From Candidatus Bathyarchaeota archaeon (GTDB lineage: Archaea; Thermoproteota; Bathyarchaeia; Bathyarchaeales; Bathycorpusculaceae): a DNA stretch of 64,000 nucleotides. Within the stretch, counting starts at the first letter, position 1. Each line of letters starts with the position of its first letter. The stretch is from the NCBI GenBank assembly GCA_963827165.1, contig CAWGZR010000005.1, positions 160,001 to 224,000 of the forward strand. The letters are read 5' to 3'. Position numbers and translations under genes: made by a program. Below the pieces are notes generated by a model that searched no databases, was not told the origin of the DNA, and was given only the letters and a program-made list of their open reading frames with translations. Of this stretch, positions 60,311-64,000 are shown one piece after another.

Positions 60311-60530
60311 GTGACTATTTGATATGATTTGATACGTTTTAATACGTTTTGGTACGTTTTGAGATCATAGTTGCAAATGCTCCAAGCCCCAAACTAAGAA
60401 AGCAACCCAAAACACAAAGAAAAATTCGCAGAATTTCCCACACCTTTTTAGTCAACGTCATCGCAAATAAAGACGCATTTTAACTATCTTTCGCAAATTC
60501 AAACCCGATTCAAGCCCAATCACGAGCGAA
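60311..60530 (+). repeat. dispersed intergenic element copy C
   Basis: GATACGTTTT-like 10-mers at 60311-60362; core at 60368-60418; second partial core at ~60500-60520. Confidence 0.75.
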
Positions 60531-60664
60531 AAACTGGACATTTCGAACCTGCATGTTCAATTTACCCTATCAAACGACTTTTGCGGATCGACTAATGGAT
60601 TCACTACGATTGGAGCAAAATAGGCCAAGCATCTAACACTTGGCGTGACCACGAGACTGTCGGG

Positions 60665-61693
60665 TTAGCCGAACCATTTCTCCAATGATACCTTCGCCTT
60701 CTGCTTCTTGCTGCCCGTCATCATTTTCTCCAAGGATTTTCTGACACGATCTTCCGAAAATTCTTTTTGTCTCACCATCAAATCCACAACGCCTTCAACG
60801 TTTGGCTCGCACCATTTCAGCTTGTAGTTGTCTGTTACTTCGGGATGCAGGAAGATTTGGCGTATGCAGTTTGGCTCAACCGGGAAAGAAGGGTTTTTGA
60901 TGTGTGGGAGAGCATCTTCCAGCGTACCGTATTGCTTCACCAATTTGAGCGCGGTTTTTGGACCCAGCCCTTTTATGCCGTCAGGGTTGAAGTCTGTGCC
61001 GATGAGGATACCGACGTCGATGAGTTGCTCATAGGTTAATCCTGTTTCACTTAGAGTTTTTGCAAGTTCCATCACTTCAGGTACAACTTCAATGTAGACG
61101 TTGCCGCGTTTTCGCCTGCCGGAAATCGTGATGTTCCGAAGCATTTTTGGAGCTCCAAAAAGCAAACTGTCATAGTCTTGGCTTGCACAGTAATCCGAAT
61201 CGCCTTTCCGTGTCATGTGCGCAGCTTGAGCTTCCCCTTCGCTTGGTGCACTTATCCACGGCAACCCCATGAGCTCCAAAAGCTTGCGGCTATCCTCTTG
61301 CATGTAGTCTTTCATGCTTGTCGACGCCTGAGCAAACATAAGCATCTTTTCAGTGTCGCCTTTAGCCGCCGCCTTCTCGTAGCTTGCCACCGCTTGAACC
61401 TTAACCTGCCTGCGCCTCTCGATCTCAGCCGTCTTCAAAGTGGGCGGAATTCCATCGAAAACATAAATCGGCTTCAGCCCCATTTCCACCAAGTTGCTTG
61501 TGCGGTAGAATAAGCCGCTTAGGTGGCTGGTGATTTTTCCCGCGCTGTCTTTTAGCGGTGTACCGTCGGGTTGCCTGATGATTGAGAGGAACTGGTAGAT
61601 AGCGTTGTAGGCATCTATGGCAATTATTTTGCCGCTTAAATCCTCGAGTTTAACGGGGGTTTTCGGAACAAGGTCTTTGAAGTCCACGCCCAA
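60665..61693 (-). CDS. fen: flap endonuclease 1
   Basis: IDAYNAIYQFL, EGEAQ, SQDYDSLLFG, GTDFN, PIP-like SLEKWF. Confidence 0.97.
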   Translation of the reverse strand: MGVDFKDLVPKTPVKLEDLSGKIIAIDAYNAIYQFLSIIRQPDGTPLKDSAGKITSHLSGLFYRTSNLVEMGLKPIYVFDGIPPTLKTAEIERRRQVKVQAVASYEKAAAKGDTEKMLMFAQASTSMKDYMQEDSRKLLELMGLPWISAPSEGEAQAAHMTRKGDSDYCASQDYDSLLFGAPKMLRNITISGRRKRGNVYIEVVPEVMELAKTLSETGLTYEQLIDVGILIGTDFNPDGIKGLGPKTALKLVKQYGTLEDALPHIKNPSFPVEPNCIRQIFLHPEVTDNYKLKWCEPNVEGVVDLMVRQKEFSEDRVRKSLEKMMTGSKKQKAKVSLEKWFG

Positions 61694-61978
61694 AACTTAT
61701 CACAAGTAAAATAGGCGAAAAACTTTCTTAATAAACTTGCGAATGGCCCTTAATTTCTGGACTTGCAAACTTGATTTGGGGAAGAATTAAACAAGATAGC
61801 AGAAAATCTGAAGAAAATATCGAAATGCTGATCGGAGCGTTGAAATTCGAAAAAAATGAACGCTGGACATGTTGTTTTCAAGCCGACAAATCCCATGTTG
61901 AACTAGCGATTATTCAGATTCGTTGAGCATAGTAGATATAAGGAACCCTTACAATTTAGAACCGCAAGAGATGTCATT

Positions 61979-62167
61979 ATGACAGAAAGACAATCAGCAC
62001 TTTCCTTGGTTACCTGCACAAGCTGCGGCAAACCAATCCCGCCTGGCAGTGAATCGACAAAATTCCTCTGCCCAAACTGCGGAGAAATCCAAATAAAACG
62101 CGACGGAAAATGCCGCAAGTTCGGACGCATCTACAAGTGCCCAAAATGCGGTTTCACTGGACCATAA
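61979..62167 (+). CDS. small zinc-finger protein (DUF1610/HVO_2753-like)
   Basis: CTSCG, CPNCG, CPKCGFTGP; upstream of EF-1beta. Confidence 0.88.
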   Translation: MTERQSALSLVTCTSCGKPIPPGSESTKFLCPNCGEIQIKRDGKCRKFGRIYKCPKCGFTGP

Positions 62168-62179
62168 GGGCGAGTTTGC

Positions 62180-62455
62180 ATGGGCAGCGTTATAGTAACC
62201 TACAAGATTTTTCCAGAAGATATAGTTCCGAGCTTTGAAGCCTTAAAAAAAGCGATTGAAGGAATAACGCCCGAGTTCGCATCCATTGAAGGATGGGGTG
62301 AGGAACCAGTAGCGTTCGGCTTGGTAGCTCTTCTTGTTCAGCTCAAATTTCCAGAGGACAAGACTGGCATCGTTGACGAATTCGAAGAAAAACTAGGAAA
62401 GTTGCCAGGAGTAAGCCAAGCGCAAACCATGTTCTTGCGCCGAAGCAGCAGATAA
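62180..62455 (+). CDS. ef1b: elongation factor 1-beta
   Basis: EEPVAFGL.AL motif. Confidence 0.9.
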   Translation: MGSVIVTYKIFPEDIVPSFEALKKAIEGITPEFASIEGWGEEPVAFGLVALLVQLKFPEDKTGIVDEFEEKLGKLPGVSQAQTMFLRRSSR

Positions 62456-62608
62456 ACCGCTCAATGCGTGGTTCCCGCAAAGAACCCGTTTGAATCCATG
62501 CTTATGTTCACCTGAAAGTTTCAAACGTTACGCTTGAAAGTTTATATAGGTTTAAATGATCTTTTCCACTCATTACCTTTAAGCGTAAGATTATTTGGAG
62601 GATTCTGT

Positions 62609-64000
62609 TTGAGTGAAATTCAACTACGCGTTGGAGATGCACGACAAAGAGACGTGGGCAGAGGAATCGCCCGCATAGACCAGCGAACAATGCAGAAACT
62701 TGGCATAAGCGCTGGCGACGTAATTGAAATTATCAATAAACGCACGACGTCGGCTATCGCTTGGCCAGCTTACAGCGAAGACCAAAATCGAGATATCATA
62801 CGAATCGACGGGTTCACTCGCAAGAACAGCGGCGTAGCCATAAATGAATATGTTGTTGTGCGTCCTGCAAAAGTCAAGACGGCTTTGAGTTTAACTTTGG
62901 CGCCAGTTGACATGCGTCTAAATGTTGATGAGGACTTCACAAACTTCGTGCGCAACCGCCTCATGGAACGAACCCTTGTCGAAGGCGATACCACCCTAGT
63001 AATGATGCTGGGGCACGCCATACCGTTCACCGTTTCAAAAACCCGTCCACACGGCATAATAAAAGTCACCACAGAAACACACTTAACCATTCTAAACGAG
63101 CCAGCCCCCGAAGGCAAAGGCTTACCAAGAACAACCTACGAGGACATAGGCGGCTTACGTGAAGAAATCCAACGAGTCCGCGAAATGGTCGAGTTACCGC
63201 TAAGACACCCTGAGCTTTTCCAGAGGCTAGGCATAGAGCCGCCGAAGGGTGTTCTGCTTCATGGCCCTCCAGGCTGCGGCAAAACACTGCTTGCTCGAGC
63301 AGTCGCCAACGAATCGGAAGCAAACTTCTACTCTATTAACGGTCCCGAAATCATGAGTAAATTCTACGGCGAATCGGAAGCAAGGCTAAGAGAGATTTTC
63401 CAGCAAGCCCAACAGAACGCTCCAAGCATAATATTCGTTGATGAACTTGACGCGATAGCGCCTAAACGCGAAGAAGTCACAGGCGAAGTTGAAAGGCGCG
63501 TTGTCGCGCAACTTCTTGCCTTGATGGATGGCTTGAGCGGAAGAGGAAACGTCATAGTTATCGGCGCAACTAACCGTCCAGGCGCACTTGACCCGGCCCT
63601 ACGTAGACCGGGAAGGTTCGACAGGGAAATAGAAATTAGCGTACCCGACAAACGCGGAAGATATGAGGTATTACAGATTCACACTAGAGGCATGCCGCTT
63701 CACGGCCTCGAAAAACCTGAAAGCGAAAGAACCTCAGAAGACGTTGACCTCAAAAAACTCGCTGACATGACACATGGCTACACGGGCGCTGACTTGTCGG
63801 CTTTGAGCAGAGAAACAGCTATGAAAGCACTCCGCAGATACTTGCCACAGATTAATCTTGAAGAAGAACGCATTCCACCCGCGGTGCTGGAGAAAATGGA
63901 GGTCACGATGGAGGATTTCTTGGGCGCCTACAAAGAAGTTACGCCTACCGCGATGCGTGAAGTCTACATTGAAGTCGCAACCGTGCATTGGACCGATATA
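62609..64000 (+). CDS. cdc48: CDC48/VCP family AAA ATPase (runs off the window edge)
   Basis: TTG start [22 protein letters not shown]; [35 protein letters not shown]. Confidence 0.95.
   Translation, partial: MSEIQLRVGDARQRDVGRGIARIDQRTMQKLGISAGDVIEIINKRTTSAIAWPAYSEDQNRDIIRIDGFTRKNSGVAINEYVVVRPAKVKTALSLTLAPVDMRLNVDEDFTNFVRNRLMERTLVEGDTTLVMMLGHAIPFTVSKTRPHGIIKVTTETHLTILNEPAPEGKGLPRTTYEDIGGLREEIQRVREMVELPLRHPELFQRLGIEPPKGVLLHGPPGCGKTLLARAVANESEANFYSINGPEIMSKFYGESEARLREIFQQAQQNAPSIIFVDELDAIAPKREEVTGEVERRVVAQLLALMDGLSGRGNVIVIGATNRPGALDPALRRPGRFDREIEISVPDKRGRYEVLQIHTRGMPLHGLEKPESERTSEDVDLKKLADMTHGYTGADLSALSRETAMKALRRYLPQINLEEERIPPAVLEKMEVTMEDFLGAYKEVTPTAMREVYIEVATVHWTDI

Overview
Gene-dense archaeal chromosome segment, most likely Bathyarchaeia (inferred from archaeal-type ThrRS/ProRS, TFE, aTrm56, aMBF1, NAC, FEN1, EF-1beta and CDC48, plus lineage-style hypothetical proteins). 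Contents: a his operon (hisG-D-C-B-H-A-F-I, no hisE), translation and RNA-modification clusters, central metabolism genes, tRNA-iMet, tRNA-Val(TAC), two VapBC modules, a 130-bp MITE and several broken genes. Best leads: (1) a full programmed -1 frameshift signature (SD-like GGAGG + CGA_AAG + 3' hairpin) at the mbf1/hflX overlap, where hflX has no canonical start for its conserved N-terminus; (2) a dispersed non-coding element in which a conserved ~50-bp core is preceded by 10-bp-period tandem arrays whose unit differs at every locus; (3) ACG at the expected start position of three ORFs; (4) recurrent Gly-to-Cys changes at conserved glycines. All calls come from reading motifs by eye; no searches were run.
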